This document shows, one piece after another, positions 29,040-39,110 of a stretch of DNA of 64,000 bases. The stretch's first letter is position 1. Each line of letters begins with the position of its first letter. Source of the DNA: Patescibacteria group bacterium. Lineage in GTDB: Bacteria; Patescibacteriota; Patescibacteriia; JACRDY01. The stretch covers positions 214,175 to 278,174 of the forward strand of contig JBAZFH010000001.1 in assembly GCA_041653535.1 (NCBI GenBank), read 5' to 3'. The position numbers were made by a program, and so were the translations under genes. The notes beneath the pieces were generated by a model that was not told the origin of the DNA, ran no database searches, and worked only from the letters and a program-made list of their open reading frames with translations.

Positions 29040-29993
29040 TCAAATTTGACCAGCCAGTTGATCCAGCCAGTCGACAAACGGCATTTGCGGCTGGCGGTGG
29101 GCTCCGAGTGGCATGGTTCGCAGTTCGCCGACCATAATTTGCCGACCCAGGTGTTTTTCGATTTCCAGGAATAGTGATTTGGACGCTTTGATGCAAAGTT
29201 GCGAGAAGGCTTGAGCGCGAGCCGGGTCAATGCTGGCCCAGTCGCAATCACCCAGTGGCTGGCAATAGGGGATGCCGATGCCGCGCGGATCGGGTTCGCT
29301 GCCGCCGTTGGTTCCCAAAGTTCGACCAAAGAAAGGCGACCCGATAAAAAAGTCTCGTTCGCAGATCCAATCAGCCATGTTTTTACTTTCGAAAGAGTGA
29401 AGAAAGTCGGTGCGATCCAAAATACTGCTGTCGGTCAGGTCTTTTTTTGCCACGATTCCGGCGACGATTTTAACCACCCTGACGTTGTTTTCCGCGAACA
29501 ACTTAATGATGTGTTCGAAGGTGCCGGAACTCCAGATGCCGTCGTCAACCAAAACAATGTCTTTCTGGTTTTGTTTGGCGATATTACTGATCGATCGAAC
29601 CTGATCGGCTACCGACAGTTCACCTGGGCGGTGGCGCGGATCGTTGATTTTGACCCATTTTCCAGGCGCGTTTTGGTCAGGAATGGAAACCCGGGTGATA
29701 TGCAAGATGTAGTCGGGTTTACTGGCGTAGTAATCCATTGCCACCACCAGACGGTCGGCTGAACGGTTTTTGTCGACCTGATCGTTAAGTCTGGCGCGAA
29801 AATACGCTTCTTTGAATACCAATACCCGATGTTCCTGCAGCAAGTGTTTAATCTCGGTTTGTAGTAACCTGCGCGGAGCAACCAAGATTTTATCCGTGGG
29901 TAGATCCCTTGTTTCTTGGCTGCCGTCGCGCAGGAGAAAATGTCGGACAAGATTTCCTAGGTCCTCGGTGATCAAATAGAATTTGTCGTTCAT
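29040..29993 (-). CDS. Phosphoribosyltransferase-like protein
   Basis: IVLVDDGIWSSGT PRPP-binding loop. Confidence 0.7.
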   Translation of the reverse strand: MNDKFYLITEDLGNLVRHFLLRDGSQETRDLPTDKILVAPRRLLQTEIKHLLQEHRVLVFKEAYFRARLNDQVDKNRSADRLVVAMDYYASKPDYILHITRVSIPDQNAPGKWVKINDPRHRPGELSVADQVRSISNIAKQNQKDIVLVDDGIWSSGTFEHIIKLFAENNVRVVKIVAGIVAKKDLTDSSILDRTDFLHSFESKNMADWICERDFFIGSPFFGRTLGTNGGSEPDPRGIGIPYCQPLGDCDWASIDPARAQAFSQLCIKASKSLFLEIEKHLGRQIMVGELRTMPLGAHRQPQMPFVDWLDQLAGQI

Positions 29994-30025
29994 CGTCGTA
30001 TTCCTTCTTCGTTCGGCAGGTTGTC

Positions 30026-30871
30026 TTAGGTAGCGGTTAGTCTTTTCAGGATTTCTACAACGCCTTCGGTCAGGTCGGCAGTCGCAGTATAGGCGGAGAA
30101 ATCTTTAAACTCTTGCGAGGCTCCGCCTACCGCCAAATGGGTAACGTTTTTCGGACCGCAGTAGTCGGACATGCTGTTACCCACCATAAAGACGGGATAG
30201 TCGGGATAACGCATATTGAGCCAAGTGATAGCATTTTTCTTGGTCGTGGCAACGTGGTGAAAAATACAGATGCCGTAATCACGGTTGGAATCGATATCGA
30301 GATCTTCTTTTTTGATCGCGTGACCGTTTCGCAAGCAGTCCTTGATGAAGTCACGGACGGCTTCCAGTACTTCGAAATCGGGTTGGATGTTATTGCCGTC
30401 GACATTGCGCATGGCGTAAAAACTGAGACTGTGGCGCCGGAATTGATTGACCATCAAAACGCGTTGGTTGGCTTTGATCTGAGCTTTTTTTTCTTGAAAA
30501 TTGAGAAAGTCTACCCAGACGAAATAGTTTATTCCGAATTTTTTGAGCGGAGTCACCAACCGTAGTTGATTGCGAACAACAGGAAAGGCGCCGGTTTTGA
30601 AAGGCGCGAGAACCTGCGGTAGCTCGAAGTCAGGCGTCCAGACCGTTGCGCCTTTTTCGGAAATAATCGGTCCGTTCATTTGCCATTTGTCATAACAGGC
30701 ACGCAGGCTTTCGTACGGACTGTCAGAATTGAGACCGACGTAGAAACCAGCGGCTTTGGCTTTGGCGATAGCGGCAAGCCAAGTCAGTTCTTCGATATTG
30801 AATTGATATCGATTGTCAAGGATCGTTCCGTCGACGTCTAGCAAGACGATCTTTTTTTTGTTTATAGCCAT
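30026..30871 (-). CDS. HAD-superfamily (Cof-like) hydrolase
   Basis: LLDVDGTILD motif I, MVGNSMSD motif IV. Confidence 0.8.
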   Translation of the reverse strand: MAINKKKIVLLDVDGTILDNRYQFNIEELTWLAAIAKAKAAGFYVGLNSDSPYESLRACYDKWQMNGPIISEKGATVWTPDFELPQVLAPFKTGAFPVVRNQLRLVTPLKKFGINYFVWVDFLNFQEKKAQIKANQRVLMVNQFRRHSLSFYAMRNVDGNNIQPDFEVLEAVRDFIKDCLRNGHAIKKEDLDIDSNRDYGICIFHHVATTKKNAITWLNMRYPDYPVFMVGNSMSDYCGPKNVTHLAVGGASQEFKDFSAYTATADLTEGVVEILKRLTAT

Positions 30872-30983
30872 TAACTAGCCCTCCTTGTTGGTTTTTCTTG
30901 CTAATATATTAGCTTATCATGGAAGGTAAAAATAAAGCAACACTTGTTAAAAGTGTTGCTTTGTGTTCTAAAATTAAGGGTTT

Positions 30984-31763
30984 TTATTCAATTGACGGAC
31001 TGATTTTGACGGCTGTATCGAGCGCTACTTGGATTGCTTTATCTATACCATCAGCGGCATTGGGGCTTTCGATTAATTCATAAATCAAATCCGGATTTTC
31101 CGCGATTTCATCTAACGGTTCGGTGGTATTGACGGAGAGAATTGTACCGCACTTTAAGCCGCGTAACATGGCGACCAGAAAAACCGTGCTACATTCCATT
31201 TCTGAACTGACCAGCGGTGTGTTCCATTTACTCATTCTTTTATCTTTGTAAATATCGCCCCAACGTAGCATATTGTCCAGGTGTTCATAAAAAGCGTCAT
31301 GAGTGCGGTTGATGCCGGTAAAATAAACAAAACTTTTTTCTTTAGCAGTCTCTTCGAGCGTGCGAAAAATATTGGGGTCGGCAACGGCGGGAAATTCAGC
31401 CGGTACATACTCTTTGGTGGTGCCTTCAGCGCGGATAGCGGCAAAGGGGATAATCAAATCGCCAGGATTTATTTCTTTTTTGAAAGCGCCGCAGGTGCCG
31501 ATTCGGATAAAAGCTTTGGCGCCGATATTAGCCAGTTCTTCTACGGCGATAGCAGCCGATGGTCCGCCAATACCTGTTGAGGTAGCGGAAATCGGGATGC
31601 CTTTGTATTTTCCGGTATAAGTTAAAAATTCCCGGTTATTAGCGACTTCCTTGGCTTCGTCCCAGTAGGTGACGATTTTTTTAACTCTAGCCGGATCACC
31701 GGGTATTAAAACTATTTTAGCAATATCTCCTTCTTGGCATTTAATGTGTGGTTGCATTGACAT
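30984..31763 (-). CDS. Nucleoside phosphorylase (uridine phosphorylase-like)
   Basis: PGDPARV, NREF, STGIGGPS, IRIGTCG, EMECS. Confidence 0.92.
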   Translation of the reverse strand: MSMQPHIKCQEGDIAKIVLIPGDPARVKKIVTYWDEAKEVANNREFLTYTGKYKGIPISATSTGIGGPSAAIAVEELANIGAKAFIRIGTCGAFKKEINPGDLIIPFAAIRAEGTTKEYVPAEFPAVADPNIFRTLEETAKEKSFVYFTGINRTHDAFYEHLDNMLRWGDIYKDKRMSKWNTPLVSSEMECSTVFLVAMLRGLKCGTILSVNTTEPLDEIAENPDLIYELIESPNAADGIDKAIQVALDTAVKISPSIE

Positions 31764-31936
31764 AGGTTTTTGATAGTTGTTTAAGCTGATGAAGAAATTT
31801 TAACCTTTTTTGAGACCGTAGTCAATAACATTGACTTTTTTGACTGAAGTGGTACAGTTAAATGAAAATTTGTGGAGGGCAAATCGTTCTTTTTTCAACC
31901 AAAAAACCAAGAGACGTCGACATAAAGGAGAGAAAA

Positions 31937-33313
31937 ATGTCAACCGAAAAAACCATAAAACCCGAGGCGCTCGGCGGCTTTCGCGATTTTTTGCCCCAGG
32001 AGATGGAGCAGCGTGAATGGCTGATCAACAGAGTGATCGAGGTGTATCGCAGTTTCGGGTTTGTGCCGCTCAAAACTCCGGCTCTGGAAAGGGCGAGTGT
32101 TTTGGGGGTCGACAAGCCAAATTTTGGCATGCAGGTTTACCGCTTCAACTTCGGCGAACTCGATGTTTCGTTGCGGTTCGATCTGACCGTTCCGCTTTCC
32201 CGAGTGGTTGCCGCTTACAGCGACCAGCTGCCTCGACCGTTTAAGCGTTATCAGCTCGGTGATGTTTGGCGCGGTGAGAAAGCGCAAGCCGGGCGTTATC
32301 GTGAGTTCGCTCAACTTGATGCGGACATCGTCGGATCGGCATCGATGGTTGCTGATGCGGAAATCATCAGTATTATCATTAAGGTGATGGAGGCGCTCGA
32401 CGTCGGTCGGTTTTGCGTCCGGTTCAACAATAGGAAGATTCTCAACGCTCTGCCCGAGTATGCCGGTTTCGATCCGACCAAAATTAAGCTGGTCTTGCGT
32501 GCGCTCGATCGTCTGGAAAAAGTTGGCATCGAAGGCGTAGTCGCTGATTTGGCTCGACAGCCGGACAACGAATACGACGAGACGGCGCCCAATCTGAATC
32601 CCGACCAGATCGCCAAGATCGTTCGGTTTATCGATTTGGGTAAGGCCAAAATTGATGCTCCCAAAATTATGCTTGCTGAGCTGCGTGAGCTTTTCGCCAG
32701 CTCTCCAATCGGTCAAGAAGGTATTGCCGAACTCGAAGAGATTTGCCAGTACCTTTATGCCTACGGTCTCGACTCGATGAATTGGGTGATCGATTTGTCG
32801 GTTGCTCGCGGGCTCGACTACTATACCGGGCCGGTATTTGAAACGACCTTGCTTGATTTGCCGGATATCGGCAGTGTCATGTCGGGTGGCCGTTTTGACG
32901 ACCTGGTAATGCGTTTTACCGGCAACAAGATTCCGGCTACCGGTGCTTCGGTTGGCGTTGATCGGCTCTTTACCGCGCTGGAAGAATTGGGTCGATTGCC
33001 ACAGATCAAAACCAAAACTTTGGCTTTGATTGTTAACTGGCGCGACAGCTTTGTGGCGGAACGTCTGAAACTGGCAAGCGATTTACGAGCTGATGGTTTC
33101 AACGTCGATTTTTTTCCGGATGGTGACGTACCGCTCAAAGAGCAGATCGCTTTTGCCCTCAAGCGAGGTATTCGTTACGTTATCCTGCTGGGGGAAAAGG
33201 AAGTTGCCGGAAATGTCGTTGCGCTCAAAGACCTGGAGTTTCGTAGCCAGGACAACCTTAATCGCGGGGCTTTGCGTGACTTTCTGCAGTTCGCCACTCG
33301 CGAAGCCACTTGA
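31937..33313 (+). CDS. hisS: Histidine--tRNA ligase, copy 2
   Basis: AAGGAG SD before ATG 31937; RFDLTVPLSR, WRGEKAQAGRYREF, RGLDYYTG, GGRFD, anticodon-binding domain. Confidence 0.93.
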   Translation: MSTEKTIKPEALGGFRDFLPQEMEQREWLINRVIEVYRSFGFVPLKTPALERASVLGVDKPNFGMQVYRFNFGELDVSLRFDLTVPLSRVVAAYSDQLPRPFKRYQLGDVWRGEKAQAGRYREFAQLDADIVGSASMVADAEIISIIIKVMEALDVGRFCVRFNNRKILNALPEYAGFDPTKIKLVLRALDRLEKVGIEGVVADLARQPDNEYDETAPNLNPDQIAKIVRFIDLGKAKIDAPKIMLAELRELFASSPIGQEGIAELEEICQYLYAYGLDSMNWVIDLSVARGLDYYTGPVFETTLLDLPDIGSVMSGGRFDDLVMRFTGNKIPATGASVGVDRLFTALEELGRLPQIKTKTLALIVNWRDSFVAERLKLASDLRADGFNVDFFPDGDVPLKEQIAFALKRGIRYVILLGEKEVAGNVVALKDLEFRSQDNLNRGALRDFLQFATREAT

Positions 33314-33352
33314 CAATATCCGACGATTGCGGTAAGTTTTAACGATCCAATC

Positions 33353-33428
33353 GGGTACGTAGCTCAATTGGCAGAGTGACGGGCTGTGACCCCGGAGGTT
33401 GGGGGTTCGAATCCCCTCGTACCCACCA
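33353..33428 (+). tRNA. tRNA-His (anticodon GTG), non-canonical: A73, no encoded G-1
   Basis: 76-nt cloverleaf, GGGTACG/CGTACCC acceptor, anticodon GTG at 33386-33388, GGTTCGAATCC, ends A-CCA; base -1 is C. Confidence 0.9.
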
Positions 33429-33530
33429 TTTTCAACATAAAAGGGACTGATTTGATTCAGCCCCTTTTTCATTTTATTAAAATGATTTTGCCTGCTTACT
33501 ATAGGTGGGGTATAATCTAGGCGTGCAAAT

Positions 33531-34769
33531 ATGGAATATGATTTAATAGTTATTGGCGGAGGACCGGCTGGTATGATGGCGGCCGGGCGGGCGGCGGAGT
33601 GCGGCGCCCGTGTTTTGTTGCTCGAAAAAAACGACAAGTTGGGATTGAAACTTTTGATTACCGGCAAAGGTCGTTGTAATATCACCAATGCCGAATCAGA
33701 ACAACGAAATATTGTGGAAAGATTTGGCCCCAAGGGAAAATTCTTATTTTCCTCTATGAGTCGCTTTGGTCCAGCTGAAGTGATCGATTTTTTTACCAGC
33801 CGGGGGGTACCGACCAAAACCGAACGCGGTCAGCGTGTTTTTCCGGTTAGTGATAGAGCTGACGATGTTTTGCGCGCCTTGGTAAAATATTTGAAAGAAA
33901 ACAAGGTAGAGATTAAAACCAACGCGACGGTTAAATCAATTATTGTTAAAAATGGAGAAATCGAAAAAATAGTGTTGTTTGGCGGAAAAGAATTACGAGC
34001 GAAAAATTACGCCATTTGTACTGGTGGCAAATCTTATCCTTTGACTGGATCAAGCGGCGATGGCTACTTTTGGTTAGAAAAAATGGGTCACACTATTATT
34101 TTGCCGCGACCGGCTTTGGTGCCGGTAGTGGTTGCCGAGAGCTGGGTCAAAGATTTGGAGGGGCTTAGTTTGAAAAACGTTGAGATTGGTATTTATCAAA
34201 ATAATAAAAAAGTTGATTCGCGTTTTGGCGAAGCGCTTTTTACCGATGACGGTATGTCGGGACCGATTATCCTCGACATGAGTAAAAAAATCGGCGAGCT
34301 TTTAACTATCGGTACGGTTGAACTGGCGGTTGATTTCAAACCGGCGTTAGATTTTTCTGAGCTGGATAAAAGGGTGCAAAAAGATTTTGAGCAGTCTAAG
34401 GGTAAAATGCTCAAAAACAGCCTTGATGACCTACTGCCCAAAACTTTGATTCCAGTGGTGATTCGATTTCTCGGTTTAGACCCGGAGAAAAAAGTAAACT
34501 CAATAGTTAAGGAAGAAAGAAAGACTTTGGTTCGTTTGCTGAAAAATTTTAGGCTAAAGGTAAAAAAAGTAGACGGTTTTGGCAAGGCGATTGTCACTGT
34601 CGGTGGCGTGGAGCTAAAAGAAATTGACCCCAAAACCATGAAATCAAAAATCGTCACAAATCTTTATCTGGCAGGTGAAATATTGGATCTAGATGGTCCG
34701 ACTGGCGGATTTAATTTGCAAGTATGCTGGAGTACTGGTTTTGCGGTAGGAGAAAATTTTTCACGTTAA
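33531..34769 (+). CDS. HI0933/YhiN (BaiN-like) flavoprotein
   Basis: GGGPAGMMAA, ITGKGRCNITN, GGKSYP.TGS.GDG, GPTGGFNLQ. Confidence 0.92.
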   Translation: MEYDLIVIGGGPAGMMAAGRAAECGARVLLLEKNDKLGLKLLITGKGRCNITNAESEQRNIVERFGPKGKFLFSSMSRFGPAEVIDFFTSRGVPTKTERGQRVFPVSDRADDVLRALVKYLKENKVEIKTNATVKSIIVKNGEIEKIVLFGGKELRAKNYAICTGGKSYPLTGSSGDGYFWLEKMGHTIILPRPALVPVVVAESWVKDLEGLSLKNVEIGIYQNNKKVDSRFGEALFTDDGMSGPIILDMSKKIGELLTIGTVELAVDFKPALDFSELDKRVQKDFEQSKGKMLKNSLDDLLPKTLIPVVIRFLGLDPEKKVNSIVKEERKTLVRLLKNFRLKVKKVDGFGKAIVTVGGVELKEIDPKTMKSKIVTNLYLAGEILDLDGPTGGFNLQVCWSTGFAVGENFSR

Positions 34770-34787
34770 TAAAAAAAGAAACATATT

Positions 34788-35591
34788 ATGAATATTATTG
34801 AAGTAAAAGGATTGACGAAGAAATTTGACGACTTTATGGCGGTCGACAATATTTCTTTTGACGTGGCTAAAGGAGAGGTTTTCGCTTTTCTTGGTCCCAA
34901 CGGCGCCGGCAAATCAACAACAATAAAAATGTTGACCACGCTTTTGACACCCACTAGCGGTGAAGTTTCGCTCGCCGGTCACGATACTGCTCGGGATCCA
35001 GCTGATGTTCGTCGATCGTTTGGCATCGTTTTTCAAGATCCGAGTTTGGACGACGAGCTGACAGCTTTGGAAAATATGGAGTTTCACGGCGTTCTTTATA
35101 GCGTGCCAAAAAAATTGCGACGCGAGCGCACTGAGCAATTGATGAAATACGTTGATTTGTGGGATCGTAAAGATAACTTGGTTAAAGAGTTCTCTGGCGG
35201 TATGAAACGACGTCTGGAAATTGCCAGGGGACTACTACATCATCCACAAGTGATTTTTTTGGACGAACCGACGCTCGGTCTTGATCCGCAGACGAGAAAT
35301 TATATGTGGAACTATCTACAGGAGCTAAATAAAACCGAAGGTACGACTGTATTTTTTACTACTCACTATATGGAAGAAGCCGAACGTATCGCCCAGAGGA
35401 TTGCGATTATCGATCATGGCAAGATTGTTGCTTCTGGTACTGCAGCGCAGCTCAAAGAATTAACCAAAAAAGATACGTTGGAAGATGCTTTTTTGGCGCT
35501 CACCGGTAAAGCAATCCGTGAAGACGAGGGGAGTGTTCAAATGGATAAAATGCGTCGAATGCATGCCATGCACGCTGGTGGGAGAAAATAA
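34788..35591 (+). CDS. ABC transporter ATP-binding protein (DrrA-like)
   Basis: GPNGAGKST, FSGGMKRR, FLDEPT. Confidence 0.93.
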   Translation: MNIIEVKGLTKKFDDFMAVDNISFDVAKGEVFAFLGPNGAGKSTTIKMLTTLLTPTSGEVSLAGHDTARDPADVRRSFGIVFQDPSLDDELTALENMEFHGVLYSVPKKLRRERTEQLMKYVDLWDRKDNLVKEFSGGMKRRLEIARGLLHHPQVIFLDEPTLGLDPQTRNYMWNYLQELNKTEGTTVFFTTHYMEEAERIAQRIAIIDHGKIVASGTAAQLKELTKKDTLEDAFLALTGKAIREDEGSVQMDKMRRMHAMHAGGRK

Positions 35592-35601
35592 TAATAAAAA
35601 T

Positions 35602-36348
35602 ATGAAAACTATTTACATATTGTGGTTAAGACAAATTAAACGTTATCTACGATCACGTTCGAGGATTGTCGGTTCGCTAGCGCAACCGCTACTTTTTTTA
35701 GTCTCGCTTGGTTATGGCTTTGGTCCGATTTTTCAGAAAGCGGGGCAGGGCAATTACATTAATTTTCTAGCGCCGGGAATTATCGGCATGAGTATTATTT
35801 TTACTGCCATATTTTCCGGGTTGGAAGTGATTTGGGATAGACAGTTCGGTTTTCTCAAAGAAACACTGGTTGCCCCAGTATTGCGTCTTAATATTATGAT
35901 TGGTCGTACGCTAGGCGGTGCGACAGTAGCGACAATGCAAGGCGTTATCGTGTTTTTGATATCACTTATCGCTGGATTCCGTCCATACAGCTGGTCTTTT
36001 TTACCATTGGTGATCGTGGTGATGTTGCTGATCGCGTTACTTTTTACCGCCCTAGGAACACTGATTGCGTCTTTTCTTGATGACATGCAGGGATTTCAGT
36101 TGATTGTTAACTTCCTTGTCATGCCGTTATTTTTCCTTTCGGGCGCGCTTTTTCCTCTTCAAGGTTTGCCGACAGTTATAGTTACTATCGCTAGATTTGA
36201 TCCATTGTCTTACGGTATTGATGCGCTGCGCGGATTTTTGATTAATAGCTCACATTTCGGGCTAGGAATAGACTTTTTGGTTTTAGGAGCGGTGACGGTT
36301 GTTTTGCTTTCACTTGGCGGTTATTTCTTTTCCAAGATTCAGATCTAG
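35602..36348 (+). CDS. ABC-2 type permease
   Basis: WDRQFGFLKETLVAP, FLSGALFP; 6 TM. Confidence 0.9.
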   Translation: MKTIYILWLRQIKRYLRSRSRIVGSLAQPLLFLVSLGYGFGPIFQKAGQGNYINFLAPGIIGMSIIFTAIFSGLEVIWDRQFGFLKETLVAPVLRLNIMIGRTLGGATVATMQGVIVFLISLIAGFRPYSWSFLPLVIVVMLLIALLFTALGTLIASFLDDMQGFQLIVNFLVMPLFFLSGALFPLQGLPTVIVTIARFDPLSYGIDALRGFLINSSHFGLGIDFLVLGAVTVVLLSLGGYFFSKIQI

Positions 36349-36626
36349 ATATTTGAGCTAAAAAGAGTCAGTCTGTTTTTGAGTTGACTTCTTTTTGCTT
36401 GAGTTGATCAAAACGGTTTTTGGTGTTAAGCTGGTAGTACAACCTAATCAAGTGGGTCTAAGCAGGGGTATAAGAAAAATACCGTTGCCCCTTTTGAGTA
36501 TACAGGGGATGGGGATAAAGAATTAGTATTTAGTATATTGTTATAGGGGATTGTTTTTGCGAACGAGAGGTATAAAATCCCTACATTCTATATACTACAT
36601 ACTACATACTATCTATATACTAATTT

Positions 36627-38555
36627 ATGGAATTTAAATTAAAATCAAATTTTAAACCAAAAGGTGATCAGCCAAAAGCGATCAAGGAGTTAGTCGCCGG
36701 GTACGAAAAATACCCGCAGCAGACTTTGCTGGGCGTCACCGGTTCGGGCAAGACCTTTACTGTTGCCAATATGATAGCCAAGGTGGGTAAACCGACCTTA
36801 ATTTTGTCGCACAACAAAACTTTGGCAGCGCAGCTGTACAACGAGTTTCGTGATTTTTTCCCAGAAAATAAGGTTTGTTACTTTGTTTCTTATTATGACT
36901 ACTATCAGCCGGAGAGCTATTTGCCGATTACCGATACTTATATTGAAAAAGACGTTCAGATAAACGAGAAGATCGAGCAGCTGCGACTTGAAGCTACGGC
37001 CAGTCTAATGTCGCGCGACGACGTGATTGTTGTGGCGTCGGTTTCTTGTATTTACGGTCTCGGTCGGCCGGATAGTTTCAAGGCCAGCGCTTTTGAGCTT
37101 CGAGTTGGTCAAAAAATCACTCCACGCGAGCTGGTCGGGGAGCTGGTTAATATTCAATATGAAAATAGCGATTTGCGTTTACACTCGGGAACTTTTCGTT
37201 TGCGCGGTAGTATTGTCGAAGTAATCGCCGGATCGGCTTCGACGGTTTGGCGTTTCGAGTTTGACGAAAGCAGACTCGTTAAGATTACTGAGCTGAATCC
37301 AATTTCTTTCAAAAAAATAGGCGAGTTGTCTCGTGTCTGGATATTTCCGGCCCGACATTTCGTGGCCAATCCGGAAGAAGTGAAAAAAGCGATGGCCAGT
37401 ATTCGCACCGAGCTAAAGGAACGCTTGCCGCAGCTTGGTCAGATTGAAGCCTACCGTTTGGAAAAAAGGACTAATTATGACCTAGAAATGATCGAGCAGT
37501 TTGGTCACTGCAAAGGAATAGAAAACTATTCTCGACATTTTGATGGGCGACTACCTGGTGAAAAGCCGTATACTTTGATCGATTATTTTGCTGCTAAAGG
37601 CGACTGGATGATGGTGATTGATGAAAGTCATGTGTCTTTACCACAGGTGCACGGTATGTATGCCGGCGACCGTGCGCGTAAGGCCAATCTAATTGATCAC
37701 GGTTTTCGCTTGCCGTCGGCCTATGACAACCGGCCACTGACTTTTGAAGAATTTGAAAAATATCTCGGTCACGTGGTTTATACCACAGCAACGCCGGCAG
37801 ATTATGAACGGCAGAATTCCGGTCAGATCGTCGAGCAGATTATTCGTCCGACCGGACTGATCGATCCAGAAATTATTATCAAACCGGCTGAAGGTCAGAT
37901 TAAAGACGTCGAAAAAGAAATCCGTAAGGTGATTGATAGCGGTTATCGTGTTTTGGTCACCACTTTGACCAAGCGTTTAGCCGAAGACCTGACCAATTAT
38001 TTGACAGAACAAAATATTAAGACCCGATATTTGCATAGCGAAATCGACACTCTGGAAAGAACCAAGATTTTGCACGATTTGCGTTTGGGTAAATTTGACG
38101 TGCTGGTTGGTATCAATCTTTTGCGTGAAGGACTGGATATCCCCGAAGTGGCGTTAGTAGCAATATTGGACGCAGACAAAGAAGGTTTTTTGCGCAACGC
38201 GCGTAGTTTGATTCAGACTATCGGTCGCGCAGCTCGTAACGTTGATGGCAAGGTAATAATGTACGCCGATATTGAGACTGGATCGATCAAAGAAGCGGTG
38301 AGTGAAACCAATCGTCGTCGTCAGATACAGAGGGAATATAATACCAAGCACGGCATTACGCCGCAGAGCATTAAGAAAGGAATCAGAGAAAGCGAAGAAG
38401 TTATTTTGCCAGAGTTAAAAGGTAAAGACCTTGATCGCGAGCAGATGATTGTTGAGCTGGAACTAGCGATGCAAGCGGCAGCGGAGGAATTAGACTTTGA
38501 GCGAGCAATAGAACTGAGGGAAAAGCTAAAAGGGCTTAAGGGGAAAAAGGAATAG
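36627..38555 (+). CDS. uvrB: Excinuclease ABC subunit B
   Basis: GVTGSGKT, YYDYYQPE, DESH, QTIGRAARN, C-terminal UVR motif. Confidence 0.98.
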   Translation: MEFKLKSNFKPKGDQPKAIKELVAGYEKYPQQTLLGVTGSGKTFTVANMIAKVGKPTLILSHNKTLAAQLYNEFRDFFPENKVCYFVSYYDYYQPESYLPITDTYIEKDVQINEKIEQLRLEATASLMSRDDVIVVASVSCIYGLGRPDSFKASAFELRVGQKITPRELVGELVNIQYENSDLRLHSGTFRLRGSIVEVIAGSASTVWRFEFDESRLVKITELNPISFKKIGELSRVWIFPARHFVANPEEVKKAMASIRTELKERLPQLGQIEAYRLEKRTNYDLEMIEQFGHCKGIENYSRHFDGRLPGEKPYTLIDYFAAKGDWMMVIDESHVSLPQVHGMYAGDRARKANLIDHGFRLPSAYDNRPLTFEEFEKYLGHVVYTTATPADYERQNSGQIVEQIIRPTGLIDPEIIIKPAEGQIKDVEKEIRKVIDSGYRVLVTTLTKRLAEDLTNYLTEQNIKTRYLHSEIDTLERTKILHDLRLGKFDVLVGINLLREGLDIPEVALVAILDADKEGFLRNARSLIQTIGRAARNVDGKVIMYADIETGSIKEAVSETNRRRQIQREYNTKHGITPQSIKKGIRESEEVILPELKGKDLDREQMIVELELAMQAAAEELDFERAIELREKLKGLKGKKE

Positions 38556-38585
38556 AGTATAGAGTATAGAGTATAGAGTATAGAG
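38553..38585 (+). repeat. (TAGAGTA)4+ heptamer tandem repeat starting at the uvrB stop codon
   Basis: Direct reading; reverse-complementary to 39082-39110. Confidence 0.9.
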
Positions 38586-38592
38586 GGGGGGG

Positions 38593-38961
38593 TTATTTGC
38601 TTTCAGTGCTGCGTAGAAGACCGGTTAGCAGTCTGCTGCAATCATCGGTCATAACAGATAACTTTTGATAAATATCGATTTTGAGATAACCAATGTCACT
38701 GGCGACTATCAGTTGAGCCTGAAGTTCTGTTAGCGATCCCTTGGAGATAGAATAAAATTGTGATTTCTCTGCCTTGGACCTTCGAGAAAAGCCTTCGGCG
38801 ATGTTTGATACAACAGAGATTGCTGCGCGGCGTATTTGGTTGGTTAGACCATAAACTTCTTTTGATGGAAAAGACTCGGTTGTCTGATAGATTTCTTTAG
38901 CTAAGACTCTGGATTTTTGCCAGGCGATTAGATCGGTGAATGATTTTATTTTGTCTGTCAT
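38593..38961 (-). CDS. Four-helix bundle protein (23S rRNA IVP / bAvd-like family)
   Basis: SFTDLIAWQKS, FPSKEVYGLTNQIRRAAISVVSNIAEG, SKGSLTE. Confidence 0.92.
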   Translation of the reverse strand: MTDKIKSFTDLIAWQKSRVLAKEIYQTTESFPSKEVYGLTNQIRRAAISVVSNIAEGFSRRSKAEKSQFYSISKGSLTELQAQLIVASDIGYLKIDIYQKLSVMTDDCSRLLTGLLRSTESK

Positions 38962-39081
38962 AATTTTAGCTTATTAATTAGGTAAAATATTAAATTGATT
39001 ATAAAGTTATATTAAACGAAGAAAGATTAAAAAATCCTAAACTTTTTATTAAATATAGATAAAACGTGGATATCTATCCCG

Positions 39082-39110
39082 CTATACTCTATACTATATA
39101 CTCTATTCTA
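39082..39110 (+). repeat. (CTATACT)-type heptamer repeat just before the uvrA start
   Basis: ctatact ctatact atatact ctattct; complement of 38553-38585. Confidence 0.85.

Noticed and set aside
31937-33313. HisZ (ATP-PRT regulatory subunit) instead of a second HisRS
   Set aside because: It retains RGLDYYTG, motifs 2 and 3 and the C-terminal anticodon-binding domain, and no hisG is nearby.
33083-33817. 244-aa minus-strand ORF (and similar shadow ORFs such as 29199-29762, 31940-32716, 41129-41632)
   Set aside because: They are antisense to well-supported genes or the tRNA and have no recognisable motifs.
38593-38961. Diversity-generating retroelement (Avd-like gene)
   Set aside because: No reverse transcriptase or TR/VR pair with adenine-specific mismatches was seen in the window.
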